Shown: positions 28,071 to 39,000 of the stretch, one piece after another
Position numbering within the stretch: position 1 is the stretch's first letter
Layout: every line of letters starts with the position of its first letter
Source: an uncultured Candidatus Saccharibacteria bacterium
GTDB taxonomy: Bacteria; Patescibacteriota; Dojkabacteria; SC72; WJKH01
DNA length: 64,000 nucleotides
Direction: 5' to 3'
Assembly: GCA_964602665.1 (NCBI GenBank)
Contig: CAZRRH010000003.1
Location: 66,963 to 130,962, forward strand
Made by a program: the position numbers and the translations under genes
Notes under the pieces: generated by a model
What the model was told of the DNA's origin: nothing
Databases searched by the model: none
Seen by the model: the letters and a program-made list of their open reading frames with translations, nothing else

Positions 28071-28529
28071 TTATTTGACTATTTTATACTGTTTTGTGCC
28101 GTTTGGAGTATTCACTGTAATTTCATCGCCAATTTTTTTCCCAAGGACAGCAATTCCTATTGGAGAATGTTGGGAAACTTTCTTCTGTAGTGGGTCAACT
28201 TCGTTTTCATTGACTACGGTGTATTCTGAAATCTCCTTTGTTTCTACTGATTGTAGACGAACTGTCGACCCAAGGCATACCGTCTTGTTTTTGCATTCTG
28301 AAACAACTTTAGCATTTTTTATTATTTCTTCAAGCTCCAGTATTCTTGTCTCGTTATCTTGAAATTGATCAAGTGCTAATTTATATCCTTCATTTTCACT
28401 TAAATCTCCATCTGACCTTAATTCATCTAGTGTGTTTACAAGCGTTTTCCTTATAGGACCGCTTTTAAGTGCATGTTCGTCTTTCATTTTGGCTAAACCT
28501 TCTGCTGTTAGCTCTATTGACTTTTTCAT
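28071..28529 (-). CDS. greA: Transcription elongation factor GreA
   Basis: LTAEGL, GDLSENEGY, SPIGIAVLGKKIGD. Confidence 0.92.
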   Translation of the reverse strand: MKKSIELTAEGLAKMKDEHALKSGPIRKTLVNTLDELRSDGDLSENEGYKLALDQFQDNETRILELEEIIKNAKVVSECKNKTVCLGSTVRLQSVETKEISEYTVVNENEVDPLQKKVSQHSPIGIAVLGKKIGDEITVNTPNGTKQYKIVK

Positions 28530-28576
28530 TGATTTAATGGTACAATTATATTAGGTGACATATAATATCATAAAAT

Positions 28577-28651
28577 GCCGCCATCGTCTAGTGGTTAGGA
28601 CGGAAGATTCTCAATCTTTCAACCAGGGTTCGATTCCCTGTGGCGGTACCA
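28577..28651 (+). tRNA. tRNA-Glu (anticodon CTC)
   Basis: Acceptor stem GCCGCCA/TGGCGGT plus ACCA; anticodon arm GAAGA-TTCTCAA-TCTTT; T-loop GGTTCGATTCC. Confidence 0.95.
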
Positions 28652-28695
28652 AGTTTTAATTTTAAATTTAGAGTTTATAGCTCAAAATTTTCAAA

Positions 28696-29337
28696 GTGAA
28701 TTTCCATATTATTACAATATTTCCCAACCAATTATCAGAGTTTATCAAAGAAGGTATTCTTCGTATTGCACAAGAGAAAAAAGCTGTTAATATAAGAATA
28801 TACGATTTACGAAAATGGGGAATTGGTAAACACAAAAGAGTTGACGACAGGCCGTTTGGTGGAGGCGCGGGGATGTTGCTAATGCCTGAGCCTGTTTTTA
28901 ACGCTGTTGAAGAAATCAAGAAGAGTATTGGTAATAAAGTTAAAGTCTGGGCTATGACGCCAAGTGGAGTTAAGTTTACACAAAAGAAAGCTGCTGATGT
29001 GGTTAATAGCGATATAACTGATTATATTATTTTGTGTGGTCATTATGAAGGTTTTGATCAAAGAATTATTGATGGGCTTGTTGATGAGCAAGTCTCAATT
29101 GGTGATTTTGTGCTTTCTGGCGGTGAATTACCTGCTCTTATCTTAATTGACGCAATTTCAAGGCTTATTCCTGGGGTGCTTGGCAATGAGAGTTCTTTAG
29201 ACTCTGAAACTCATAATGAAGATGGATATAAGGATTTTCCAAATTGGACTAGACCTGAAGATTTCCGCGGAATGAAAGTGCCAAAAGTCTTACTTGAAGG
29301 TAATCACAGAAAGATAGCAGAATTTAGAAAAAAATAG
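28696..29337 (+). CDS. trmD: tRNA (guanine-N1)-methyltransferase
   Basis: VDDRPFGGGAGM, LCGHYEGFDQR, SIGDFVLSGGE. Confidence 0.97.
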   Translation: MNFHIITIFPNQLSEFIKEGILRIAQEKKAVNIRIYDLRKWGIGKHKRVDDRPFGGGAGMLLMPEPVFNAVEEIKKSIGNKVKVWAMTPSGVKFTQKKAADVVNSDITDYIILCGHYEGFDQRIIDGLVDEQVSIGDFVLSGGELPALILIDAISRLIPGVLGNESSLDSETHNEDGYKDFPNWTRPEDFRGMKVPKVLLEGNHRKIAEFRKK

Positions 29338-29391
29338 CACTTGCAGTTTTTATCTCAAGTAAGTATAATATACTAATAAGTTGTTAGCTTA

Positions 29392-29853
29392 ATGCAAATG
29401 CAAAGCTACGAACTAACTAGAGAAAAAATCCTCCAGTTGCGAAAGGAGTTATTTATCCTTAAGGGTAAGAAACTTACGGAGATAGCTTCCAGATTGCTAT
29501 TGGCCAGAGAGGACAATCTAGGTGAAGGGGACGACCCTTTTCACGAAATCTCCGTTGAGAAGCAAAATATTGAAGAAAGAATCTCCCAAATTGAAACCGT
29601 CTTAAAAAATGCGAAACAAATTAAGAAAAAAAGCAAAGATACTGTTGAATTAGGCTCTGTTGTTAAGGTTGAGACAGAAGGAGTTTGTGATTTATTCCAG
29701 ATTGTAAGCTCAATTGAGGCTCAGCCTTTTGAAAGAAAGGTCTCAAATATTTCTCCTATCGGAGAGGCTCTGATTGGCAAAAAAGTAGGGGATGTTATTG
29801 TCGTAAAATTAAAAAACCTAACAAAGGAATATAAAATACTCTCAATAGAGTAG
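29392..29853 (+). CDS. Second GreA/GreB-family factor with divergent acidic tip
   Basis: GreA-like C-terminus SPIGEALIGKKVGD; tip is EDNLGEGDDPF instead of GDLSEN. Confidence 0.8.
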   Translation: MQMQSYELTREKILQLRKELFILKGKKLTEIASRLLLAREDNLGEGDDPFHEISVEKQNIEERISQIETVLKNAKQIKKKSKDTVELGSVVKVETEGVCDLFQIVSSIEAQPFERKVSNISPIGEALIGKKVGDVIVVKLKNLTKEYKILSIE

Positions 29854-29891
29854 TATTATTAATATTTAACTTTTTTACAAAAACTTTATCT

Positions 29892-31130
29892 ATGCTTACT
29901 GACGAAAAAAAATTGCTTCTAAAAAATCTTTATGATATATCTGAATTTGTTGATGAGATATGGAAGAAGCAATTTGATCAGGAAAGTTCCTCTTTAACTG
30001 TTTATCCCGAAGATTTTAAAGAGAGTGATTTTGGTAATAATCCAGAGCTTTTGTCTCCTTATACTGTCATTAAAAAAAGTGGCAAAAAATATGTTGCAGT
30101 TCCCTATGGAGTTGAGTATAAAGATGAACTTGATAAGATATATAAAGCACTTGGTGAATGTGAAAAAACTGCTAAGGGGATTGATAAAAAGCTGTCGACT
30201 TATCTTGGCAGAATAAAGAGCTATTTGATAAAGGAGGATTATGAGGCTATTGATAAAGAGTATGTGTTGTACGATGGGTGGACCAGCATAAATCTTGGGC
30301 CATTTGAGACTTATGAAGATACTCACTTTGGTATTAAGAAAAGCTATCAATTTGCACTCACTCACAAATACACCGGTGCTGCAGCTACTTATACAAAAGA
30401 TCTACAAAAGCTTGCTGAAAATGCTGCGGTAATACTTCCTGCTGGCGTCGATGCAAAAAGGAAAATCAAAATAGAGTTTGTCAATGTCGCGACTCTCGGA
30501 GGGAGGTTTTCTGCTTATCCCGTGAGCACAATATGTCTTCCTAACAGTAAATTAATTGCAGATAAATACGGAAGTAAGATCCAGATTTTTATGAATAGTA
30601 TCGCTAATCGTGTAACCTCATTATTATTGCTTGGTAAGAAGTATCTTGTTAATACTAGTAATATTGAGATGGAGAAGCTCATGCGAGGGTTTCTACTTAT
30701 GGCTGTGATGCATCAGGTTTTTGATATTACAGTTAGATTTGATGACGCTCAGAAAAGATTGGGTAAATATTATGATATGGTAAGAGAAATTAGCTCATTT
30801 ATGCTTACAATCCAGACAGGGCTAAATTATGTTGCTAAGGGATGGATTTCCTCTGATGAACTTGCAAGCATGATTGATTCTATTATGCTTTTTGGTGTTG
30901 ATTCTATTAGAAAACAGGATAAATCTAACACTTATGCACAATATGCTAAGGGATTTGAAATTTACTTCGATTTTATGATTAAGAAAGGGCTAATAAAGAA
31001 AGTAGGTGATAAATATGATTACCAATGTAATGGAGATTTATGTGGTTTGAACAGTTTCTTGCCTGTTATTATGGATATTTATTCAAAAGGGACTGTAAAA
31101 GATATGCAGAAGCTTACGAATATAAGCTAA
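29892..31130 (+). CDS. Peptidase M49-like protein, probably catalytically degenerate
   Basis: LLSPYTVI, GPFETYEDTHFGIK and LPN motifs; the HExxH position reads MHQVFD. Confidence 0.6.
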   Translation: MLTDEKKLLLKNLYDISEFVDEIWKKQFDQESSSLTVYPEDFKESDFGNNPELLSPYTVIKKSGKKYVAVPYGVEYKDELDKIYKALGECEKTAKGIDKKLSTYLGRIKSYLIKEDYEAIDKEYVLYDGWTSINLGPFETYEDTHFGIKKSYQFALTHKYTGAAATYTKDLQKLAENAAVILPAGVDAKRKIKIEFVNVATLGGRFSAYPVSTICLPNSKLIADKYGSKIQIFMNSIANRVTSLLLLGKKYLVNTSNIEMEKLMRGFLLMAVMHQVFDITVRFDDAQKRLGKYYDMVREISSFMLTIQTGLNYVAKGWISSDELASMIDSIMLFGVDSIRKQDKSNTYAQYAKGFEIYFDFMIKKGLIKKVGDKYDYQCNGDLCGLNSFLPVIMDIYSKGTVKDMQKLTNIS

Positions 31131-31174
31131 TTTGAGATGTTAGGTTGCAATTTAATTGCAGGAGAAATCCCCTC

Positions 31175-32530
31175 TTATTCTATCGATTTTACCCTTCTTT
31201 GTTCCATGCTATCTCGATCTCTTATTGTAAATGTTCCATCTTCTAAGGTCTGATAATCTACGGTTATACAATTAGGTGTACCAATTTCATCCTGTCTTCT
31301 GTAGTTTTTACCAATATTGCCTGTGTTGTCGTAAATTACCATTCCGTTAGTTTTTTGTCTTAGTCTGGAGTATAGTTTCTTTGCAAATTCTTCAAGTTTT
31401 GGATCTTTTTGGAGAGGGAAAATGGCGTATTTGACTGGCGCAATGTTTGGGGAAAGCTTCAAGTAAGTTCTAACTCCATCTTTTACCTTTTCCTCTTTGT
31501 AAGCATCCGTAAGTATTGTTGTAACAAGTCTTGACAGACCGAATGTAGGCTCTATTACATGTGGGCGGGTCCTCTTGCCATCTGGTGATATGAATTCCAT
31601 GTTTACGCCACTGTTTTTCTCGTGATTGCTTAGGTCAAAGTTTGTGCGATAAGCAAGCCCAAAGATTTCTTTGTAACCAGATTCGAATTTATATTCTATG
31701 TCTTCTGTTCGCTTTGAATAGTGAGAAAGCTCATGTTCCTCATGCCTTCGCCATCTTAACTTGCTTGGATCAAGCCCAACTAATTGAGTAAAATTCCACA
31801 TTTGCTCTCTCCAATATTCAAATAAGTCTTCCCATTTTTGTTCATTTGCATCAAAGAAATATTCAAACTCCATTAAGTCAAATTCTAATGTCCTAAATGT
31901 TAATTGTCCTTTTGTTATCTCGTTTCGAAATGCTTTTCCAGCTTGGCCTATTCCAAAAGGGAGTTTAGGACGCATGGAATCAAGTATGTTTTTAAAATTA
32001 AGAAAAAGTCCTTGTGCGATCTCGCCTCTAAGATAAGCGAGGCTTTTGCTCTCTTCTACTATTCCTATTTTTGTTTCAAATAGAGTGCTAAACTTTCTTG
32101 CCTTGCTAAGCTCATTGCCCTTTGGGCTTTTTATTCCTTCTTTGATAATTATTTTGTTTAGCTCTTCTGCGGTTTTTCCTTCAACCTTGATGCTTTCGCC
32201 TTTTTGGCTGTAATAGTCTTCGATTATGTGATCTGCCCGATATCTTTCGTGGGTTTTAAGATCTTCGATCATTATGTCAGCAAAATTCTGAACATGTCCG
32301 CTGGCTTCCCAGACTTTTGGGTTTAGTATTATGCTTGAATCAACGCCGTAAATGTCGTCTCTGTCTTGAATAAAAGTTTTCCACCATAATTTTCGGATAT
32401 TTTCCTTGAGCTCTGTTCCATATGGGCCAAAATCGTAGCTATTTGCCATTCCTCCATATATTTCACAACTAGGGTATATAAAACCACGTCTTTTTGCAAG
32501 TGCTGTTACTTTACTTATTAGATCTTCCAT
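31175..32530 (-). CDS. glyQS: Glycine--tRNA ligase, alpha2 type
   Basis: KRRGFIYP, VWEASGH, GKAFRNEI, HVIEPTFG, YRRQDEIGTP. Confidence 0.96.
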   Translation of the reverse strand: MEDLISKVTALAKRRGFIYPSCEIYGGMANSYDFGPYGTELKENIRKLWWKTFIQDRDDIYGVDSSIILNPKVWEASGHVQNFADIMIEDLKTHERYRADHIIEDYYSQKGESIKVEGKTAEELNKIIIKEGIKSPKGNELSKARKFSTLFETKIGIVEESKSLAYLRGEIAQGLFLNFKNILDSMRPKLPFGIGQAGKAFRNEITKGQLTFRTLEFDLMEFEYFFDANEQKWEDLFEYWREQMWNFTQLVGLDPSKLRWRRHEEHELSHYSKRTEDIEYKFESGYKEIFGLAYRTNFDLSNHEKNSGVNMEFISPDGKRTRPHVIEPTFGLSRLVTTILTDAYKEEKVKDGVRTYLKLSPNIAPVKYAIFPLQKDPKLEEFAKKLYSRLRQKTNGMVIYDNTGNIGKNYRRQDEIGTPNCITVDYQTLEDGTFTIRDRDSMEQRRVKSIE

Positions 32531-32558
32531 TTTTGTTGTTTCAAGATGAGAAATTAAT

Positions 32559-32753
32559 TTATTTTGATTTTTTTATTGCATTTACTGGGCATACTTGGGT
32601 TATTTCCGTTACTTCGGCTTCGTCAACAGATGCTTTTGTGTCGTCGATTTCGCCACTGTCTTTTATAAAGAAGTATTTATCATAAAGCATTGCGCATGTG
32701 CCACATTGTATACATATTTTTTTGTCTATTGTTAACTTGACTTTTTTACTCAT
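32559..32753 (-). CDS. Single-cluster ferredoxin
   Basis: CIQCGTC and CPVNAI. Confidence 0.85.
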   Translation of the reverse strand: MSKKVKLTIDKKICIQCGTCAMLYDKYFFIKDSGEIDDTKASVDEAEVTEITQVCPVNAIKKSK

Positions 32754-32757
32754 TTCT

Positions 32758-33798
32758 TTATTCGTTATTATTTATTGTTTCATCGTTTTGCTCATCATCG
32801 TCTTTATCTTCCTCGTTTTCCTGAAGCTTTTTTTGAGTTATAATTTTGTTGACTTCTTTGTTCTTATGGACTATTAATGCAATAAAGATATATAATATTA
32901 AAGCAGTTATTGAGAAAGCAAATGATAATAGTATGCCGTCTTTGCTCATGCTTGACAATATATCTCCAATGCCCTGATTTAATGAACGCTCGATGGCGTA
33001 ATCTGTCGTGTTAAATGCGAATTTAATTGGGTTGGTACTTTTAAATATGTATGGTATGCCCCCCCATAATGTCAGTGCCCAAATATTACTGACGCCAAGT
33101 GCGACTACCAATTTTCTTGCAAATGTGAGATCAGGAATTGTTGTGGCATATCCGATAATGGCTAGTACAGTAATCAATACAAGCATCGCTTCTGGTCCGT
33201 ATTTAAGCAGCCTATAGATTAAGTTTACTTTTCCTATATTTTGCTCGTTTATGCCTAATGTGCTGTTTATCGAAAAGTCTAAATCTGATGTGATGTCTTC
33301 TGCACTTTCATTGTCAGTAGAATCTTTCTTTGTTATAGAACTTAGAAATTTACATACTCCATTTGAGCTGTCTTCTGCACAGTTGATTCCGCTTACAAAA
33401 TTATTGAAAAGATCTTCAATGTTATCGCCAAGCCCTTTAATCCCTTTCTGGATTTTGGAGAGCGGACTCTCAATCTCAAATGATACTGATGGAACTTGCT
33501 TGTTCTCTATCGATGTAAGAAAGTTTTCGACATTGGTAATTCGTTGTTTTTTTAGCGCCTCCTCGCTAATCAGCTCTTTGCTTATTTGATCAACAGTGCT
33601 TTTATCTAGCTGAGCTGATAATTGATTTGATAAAATTGACGTATAAATGGAGAGAAAAACCTTTTCGAAATTGATAGCGTCAAAAAGATTGTTAAGTCCA
33701 TTGGCGTTAGTTACGGTCTTCCCAATCGGGTATAGCACGACATTTAGCATCGCAAGGAGTATTATGACAGTGCGAATTAACGGTCTGCTCTTGAACAT
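32758..33798 (-). CDS. Hypothetical membrane protein
   Basis: Four hydrophobic segments and an acidic tail. Confidence 0.6.
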   Translation of the reverse strand: MFKSRPLIRTVIILLAMLNVVLYPIGKTVTNANGLNNLFDAINFEKVFLSIYTSILSNQLSAQLDKSTVDQISKELISEEALKKQRITNVENFLTSIENKQVPSVSFEIESPLSKIQKGIKGLGDNIEDLFNNFVSGINCAEDSSNGVCKFLSSITKKDSTDNESAEDITSDLDFSINSTLGINEQNIGKVNLIYRLLKYGPEAMLVLITVLAIIGYATTIPDLTFARKLVVALGVSNIWALTLWGGIPYIFKSTNPIKFAFNTTDYAIERSLNQGIGDILSSMSKDGILLSFAFSITALILYIFIALIVHKNKEVNKIITQKKLQENEEDKDDDEQNDETINNNE

Positions 33799-33854
33799 AT
33801 TTGCAAAAAGCTATATAATATTACTGTTTTTATTATAGACTAATTTTAGTTGAT

Positions 33855-35429
33855 TTGCAAGGCATGGAGGAGAGATTAACATCATGGATATGGCAAGAAG
33901 CAAGGAAAATAGACGCAAAAACCAAGGATAAAGAAGTTGTACTTTTTCAGACAGGCTATGGACCATCAGGTCTTCCTCATATTGGCACATTCCAAGAAAT
34001 TGTTAGAACTGTTATGGTAATGAGGGCTTTTAAAGAGCTTACAGGCAAAAAGACAAGGCTTATTTCTTTTTCGGATGATCTTGATGCACTAAGAAAGATT
34101 CCTTCAAATATTCCTAACTCAGAAAAAATGCAAGAATTCCTAGGTGTATCTCTTTGCGCGATTCCTAATCCTTTTGACACTGAGTATAAAAGTTATGCAG
34201 AGCATAATATTGCATCTTTAAAGAAGTTCTTAGGAGAAGTTGGAGTAGAATGTGAATTCTTAATTGCTAGTGAAGCTTATAAAAGCGGCACGTTTAACGA
34301 GGCGCTAAAAGAATTTGGCAAAAAAGCTAAAGAGATTAAAGAGATAGTTACAAAAGAATACGGAATTACAGGAAGTGATCGTAAAGACACATATTGTCCT
34401 TTTATTCCAATTGACCCAAAGACAAATAAACATACAATGTTTGTAGAATCAGATTGGTATATAGATGATGACAAGCTTTTTTACAGAGAAAAAGGCACTG
34501 ATAAAATTAAAAGCACAAGTATACTTGACGGTAATGTAAAATGTCAGTGGAAAGTTGATTGGCCACTTAGGTGGAATGCGCTTGATATTGACTATGAAAT
34601 GCACGGCAAAGATCTTATGAGCTCAGTTCAATCAGGTAAAGAAATATTAAAACTATTAAACAAGCCCCTTCCAATTACTTACAAATTCGAGATGTATCTT
34701 GACGAAGAAGGTAAGAAAATTTCTAAATCAAAGGGAAATGGTCTGTCTTTTGAAGAGTGGATTAAGTATGCTCCTATCGATAGTTTGATGTGGTTTGTAT
34801 ATCAAGAGCCTAATAAAGCTAGGAAACTTTTTTGGGGTGTAATACCTATGGCTACGGATAGTCTAATTAAAGAATTAGAATCTCCTGATGATAAAAACAA
34901 GGCCTGCTGGGCGATTTGGCAGGGCAAATATCCAACATTTCCACCACTTTCTTATCAAATGCTCCTAAATCTTGTGAATATTGCAAATACAGACAATGAA
35001 AATGTACTTTGGAGATATATAAAAAATTACAAGCCAGATATTAATAGAGAAAACGAGTATTTACTTGATAAAATGGTCAAAGGTGCTATTAATTATTATA
35101 ACGATAAAATCGCTCCTAACAAAAAGTATGTTGTTCCTACAAAGGAACAGAAAATTATCATTAATGAGCTTGCAAACAGGTTAGAGAGTGACTATAAAGA
35201 AGCTGATAAATCGTTGGAAGGAGGTGATTTGGCAGACTATCTTATGGGCGGGGTTTATGAAATTGGTAAAAACCATTTTAGCAATGATAAAGATGCACTT
35301 AGAGATAAGTACTTTAAGATGCTTTATCAAGTAATTATGGGGCAAGATACAGGACCAAGATTTGCACAATTTGTTGTTGCTTACGGCGTTGAAAACAGCA
35401 TAAAATTACTTAGGGAGAAAGCCAAATGA
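33855..35429 (+). CDS. lysK: Lysine--tRNA ligase, class I (likely start ATG 33864)
   Basis: TGYGPSGLPHIGT, KCQWKVDW, EMHGKDL, KISKSKGNG, GPRF. Confidence 0.95.
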   Translation: MQGMEERLTSWIWQEARKIDAKTKDKEVVLFQTGYGPSGLPHIGTFQEIVRTVMVMRAFKELTGKKTRLISFSDDLDALRKIPSNIPNSEKMQEFLGVSLCAIPNPFDTEYKSYAEHNIASLKKFLGEVGVECEFLIASEAYKSGTFNEALKEFGKKAKEIKEIVTKEYGITGSDRKDTYCPFIPIDPKTNKHTMFVESDWYIDDDKLFYREKGTDKIKSTSILDGNVKCQWKVDWPLRWNALDIDYEMHGKDLMSSVQSGKEILKLLNKPLPITYKFEMYLDEEGKKISKSKGNGLSFEEWIKYAPIDSLMWFVYQEPNKARKLFWGVIPMATDSLIKELESPDDKNKACWAIWQGKYPTFPPLSYQMLLNLVNIANTDNENVLWRYIKNYKPDINRENEYLLDKMVKGAINYYNDKIAPNKKYVVPTKEQKIIINELANRLESDYKEADKSLEGGDLADYLMGGVYEIGKNHFSNDKDALRDKYFKMLYQVIMGQDTGPRFAQFVVAYGVENSIKLLREKAK

Positions 35430-36004
35430 GTGAAATAAACTTAGATCAAGCAAATAAAATCTTGTCATCATATATGGACAATAAAAACTTGATCAAACAT
35501 TCAAAAGCTGTCGCCGAGGCAATGCGAGTTTATGCTGTAAAATTTGGGGAAGATGAGCAGAAATGGCAAATTACAGGACTTCTACACGATGCCGATTGGC
35601 AGAAATATCCTGATAAACATCCTTTGCAGTTGATAGCGGATTTAGAGAGTCAGCAAATTGACCCTGAAATTATACATGCAATCAAAGCTCACGGCTGGGG
35701 TTGCGGAGTTGCTAATGAACAAGAACGATTTGAAGAACCTAAGACTACTATGGCAAAAGCTCTTCGTGCAGTAGATGAATTAACAGGGTTTATAGTCGCT
35801 GTCGCACTGATGAATCCTAAACAATTATCAGGGATATCTGTTGACTCCGTAAAAAAGAAAATGAAGGACAAAGGCTTTGCACGAAATGTCAATAGAGAAA
35901 TAATAGCACAAGGCGCAAAAGATTTAGGTGTTGAGCTAGAAGATCACATACAGACGGTTTTAGAAGCAATGCTAAATATAAAAGAAGTTCTCGATTTAAA
36001 ATAA
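35426..36004 (+). CDS. HDIG-type HD-domain hydrolase
   Basis: KHSKAV, GLLHDAD, DELTGFI, KKKMKDKGFA. Confidence 0.88.
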   Translation: MSEINLDQANKILSSYMDNKNLIKHSKAVAEAMRVYAVKFGEDEQKWQITGLLHDADWQKYPDKHPLQLIADLESQQIDPEIIHAIKAHGWGCGVANEQERFEEPKTTMAKALRAVDELTGFIVAVALMNPKQLSGISVDSVKKKMKDKGFARNVNREIIAQGAKDLGVELEDHIQTVLEAMLNIKEVLDLK

Positions 36005-36017
36005 TTTTATATAAAAT

Positions 36018-39000
36018 ATGGATAGAAAGAAAAAAAATGTCTTGCTAGGTATAATCTTTTTCTTGATAGTTGCTTTATTTGTTTCTCTTTTCTTTGGATA
36101 TAAAGAGGTGGAAAAGAGGAATGAAGAAAACAACTTGTCTGTGTATAATTTGGAAAGTACGGCATTTGTGCTTGTCTCAAATGCTAATCATGATTTGTAT
36201 ATAGAGAATGGAAAGATAGAAGAATGTCCACAAAACGATCCGACTAGTATAACTTGCGTAAAGTACAAATATAATGCTGACGCGTTTTCTTATTATGAGA
36301 TAGTAAATGTAAATCCGCAGACTTCTTATGAAATAAAAAGTTATAAAAACTCTTTGTATAAATTTCTTGACATGAAAAGTGGTAATATATTATTTCAAAC
36401 AAAACAGATTGATGAGAATCCAGAGTTTCCTGACTCAATGTTTGGTAAAGTGCTTTATGGAGATGGGGAAGGAGCTGCAAATGCACTTGTAATAGTAACC
36501 TCAAATGAAGATGATGATTTCCCTCCTGTCGCAACACTGACAAATGATAATGGTGGATATTCAGTAAGTTTTAAACAGTTAAATAAGAATTATTTGCTTA
36601 AAGTATCTTTAGTGACTGTTAGTGGTTATAAAAGTGATAGATTAGTAGCCTCATATGATAATAAACCTGTATATGACATTGTTTTGGAAACTCAAAATGA
36701 TATGTCTTTAAGTAGTGCTAATTACGCTTCTAAGCAGAGCAAATCTTTAATAAGTAAAGTTTATGCCGATGGTAATTCTTGTTTTGATTCTGGCGCTTTG
36801 GGTGGTATAAGTGTACAATGTTCGGAATCAGTACACTGGTTTAGAGGATTAAATCCTAATGAATGTCCTGCAAGTTCAGCGGGTAGTTTTAGAGTTGGCT
36901 TGGTTGAGCACACTCACTACACACATCTTTTTGTTCCATCAGAGGGCAAAGTTTCATTGTATTTAAACGAGCTTGATTCAAGCGGTAAGGTGGTAAACAG
37001 CTCGCAAAATATTGATAACGGTCAGAAAATAAATGCATCTGTTTTAAAAGATAAAGTATCATATGAGTTAAAGGCAAGAATTGTAGATGGTAGTGGAAAT
37101 ATAATAAAAGAGTGTCAAGATATAGACAGAGGTGGTCCGATAATTATTAAAAAAGACACTCCAAAGACGACACATGGCGAGAAAGAGATAGAAAATCTAA
37201 ATAAAACAGTTGAAGTTTGCCCTAAGTTTGGAGAGAATTTTGCTGTAATTCCTGGTGAGGTTAGGACGGAGGATATGATTAAGGCAACAAATCGATTAGG
37301 TATGAACTGGGGCGAAGTTATAGCAGTAGATTTGGAAGGAGTCGATCATTATAGAGATATCGTGGAAAGAGCATCTGTTGTAAACATGAGAATAATTCTT
37401 CGGCTTTGTTATCGAGATAAATGTGAGCTTACAAATGGCTCAACATACGGTCAAAAAGTTGTTGAAACGTATAAAAAGCTTGTTTCTAGCGGCAAGGCTA
37501 AAAACGGAATTTATGTACATGTCGGACATAATGAGGTAAATGTCACAGAGTATCGTCTTCCAGCACAAGAAGCAAAATTTATGAATGACGCAATAGAGGT
37601 TATTGCTGCATCTGGGAATCTTGCAATGCAATCTGATGGCCCTGGTATACATCTTTTAGGACCTAATCTTGATTTGTTTTTTGAAGGTGGCGGTAAGCCG
37701 GAGTATAAAAAAGCAAATGAATATGTAGATGCTCTCCTTTCCAGCGGTTTGTCTTTAGATAACGCGAAAAAAATACAATATTGGACAGGCAATGTATACA
37801 TAAAAGATGGTAAAAACGATTATACTGCCAAAGTTTTTGATCATATAAAGTATCTTAGGGGTAAAGGATTAAATGGCAAATTTATAGTTACAGAAACAGG
37901 TAAAATTAATGGGGGATCATGGGAGGCGCTTGGTGATAATATTGGGACATTAATAAAAAGCGATGATGTCGCCGGTGTACTTATTTTCAACAGCTTTGGT
38001 TTAAATCCCGGATTAAGTGGAGATGCAAGCTCTATTGATTATTTTGCCTATCATAAAGAGCTTTGGGACGATTATAAGAGTGATAAATTAACATTGCACA
38101 ACAGTATCCTTGATAGAGCAGGTTGTACTCAAAGAGTTAAAGTTGAAATAATAGAGCCGGGTGCTCCTATAGATATTGTTTTGAAGGGAATAGGAGGTCC
38201 AGTTGGTGAAGCACAAGAAGATCCACCAACAAGTGACCCTATACCTGTATCGTCTGATGGAGTTTTAGGAGTCAGTACAACAAAAGATGTCTTGGGAGCT
38301 GCTACGATGAGATTACCTGAAATAGGAGAGTTCCTTATCACTTCAAGCAAATATAAGATTTTAAGGCCTTATGTCTCTAGATTTAGTAAAGAAGATCGTG
38401 ATGTCTCAGCCTTTTTTGATACCAACAAAAATTTGATCAAAGATGAGGGAGAGGAGTTTTTAACTAGTATGGCTGACTTTGAGTATAAAAAGGTCGGTTA
38501 TGTAAATAAATTTGATCTTGCCAAAGGACATAATGTTATTTCAATATCTTTGTACCCTTATGATGTGCTTTCCGCAGAGACATTATTAAATGTTATTAAT
38601 AATCAAGGAGGAAATGCTACAGCGATAGGGTATATAGAAAATGGCAGCTGGAAAATATTTAATAGAGTTAACGGAGTTTCTTATTCAAAGAATTTTGATA
38701 TAAAATCTGGAATGGGATTATATATAAAATCTGAAACTGATAGTACATTTACACTAAGAGGAGATGAATACTCTCAGCCTGTTGGTGTATACCTTTACAA
38801 AGGATGGAATTTAGTTGGTATACATGGCAGCGATAAGGATTACACATTTAAAAGTACGCTTGAAAACATAGCAAAAAATGAACTGTTGGAGGTCGAGTCG
38901 CTTGCTGTGTGGGATAAGCAGAGCAACAAATATAAAATGTTTATTTATGATGGTAGTAGTGCCTATGGAGATGAAGATCTTCCTGTGACAGAAAACACAG

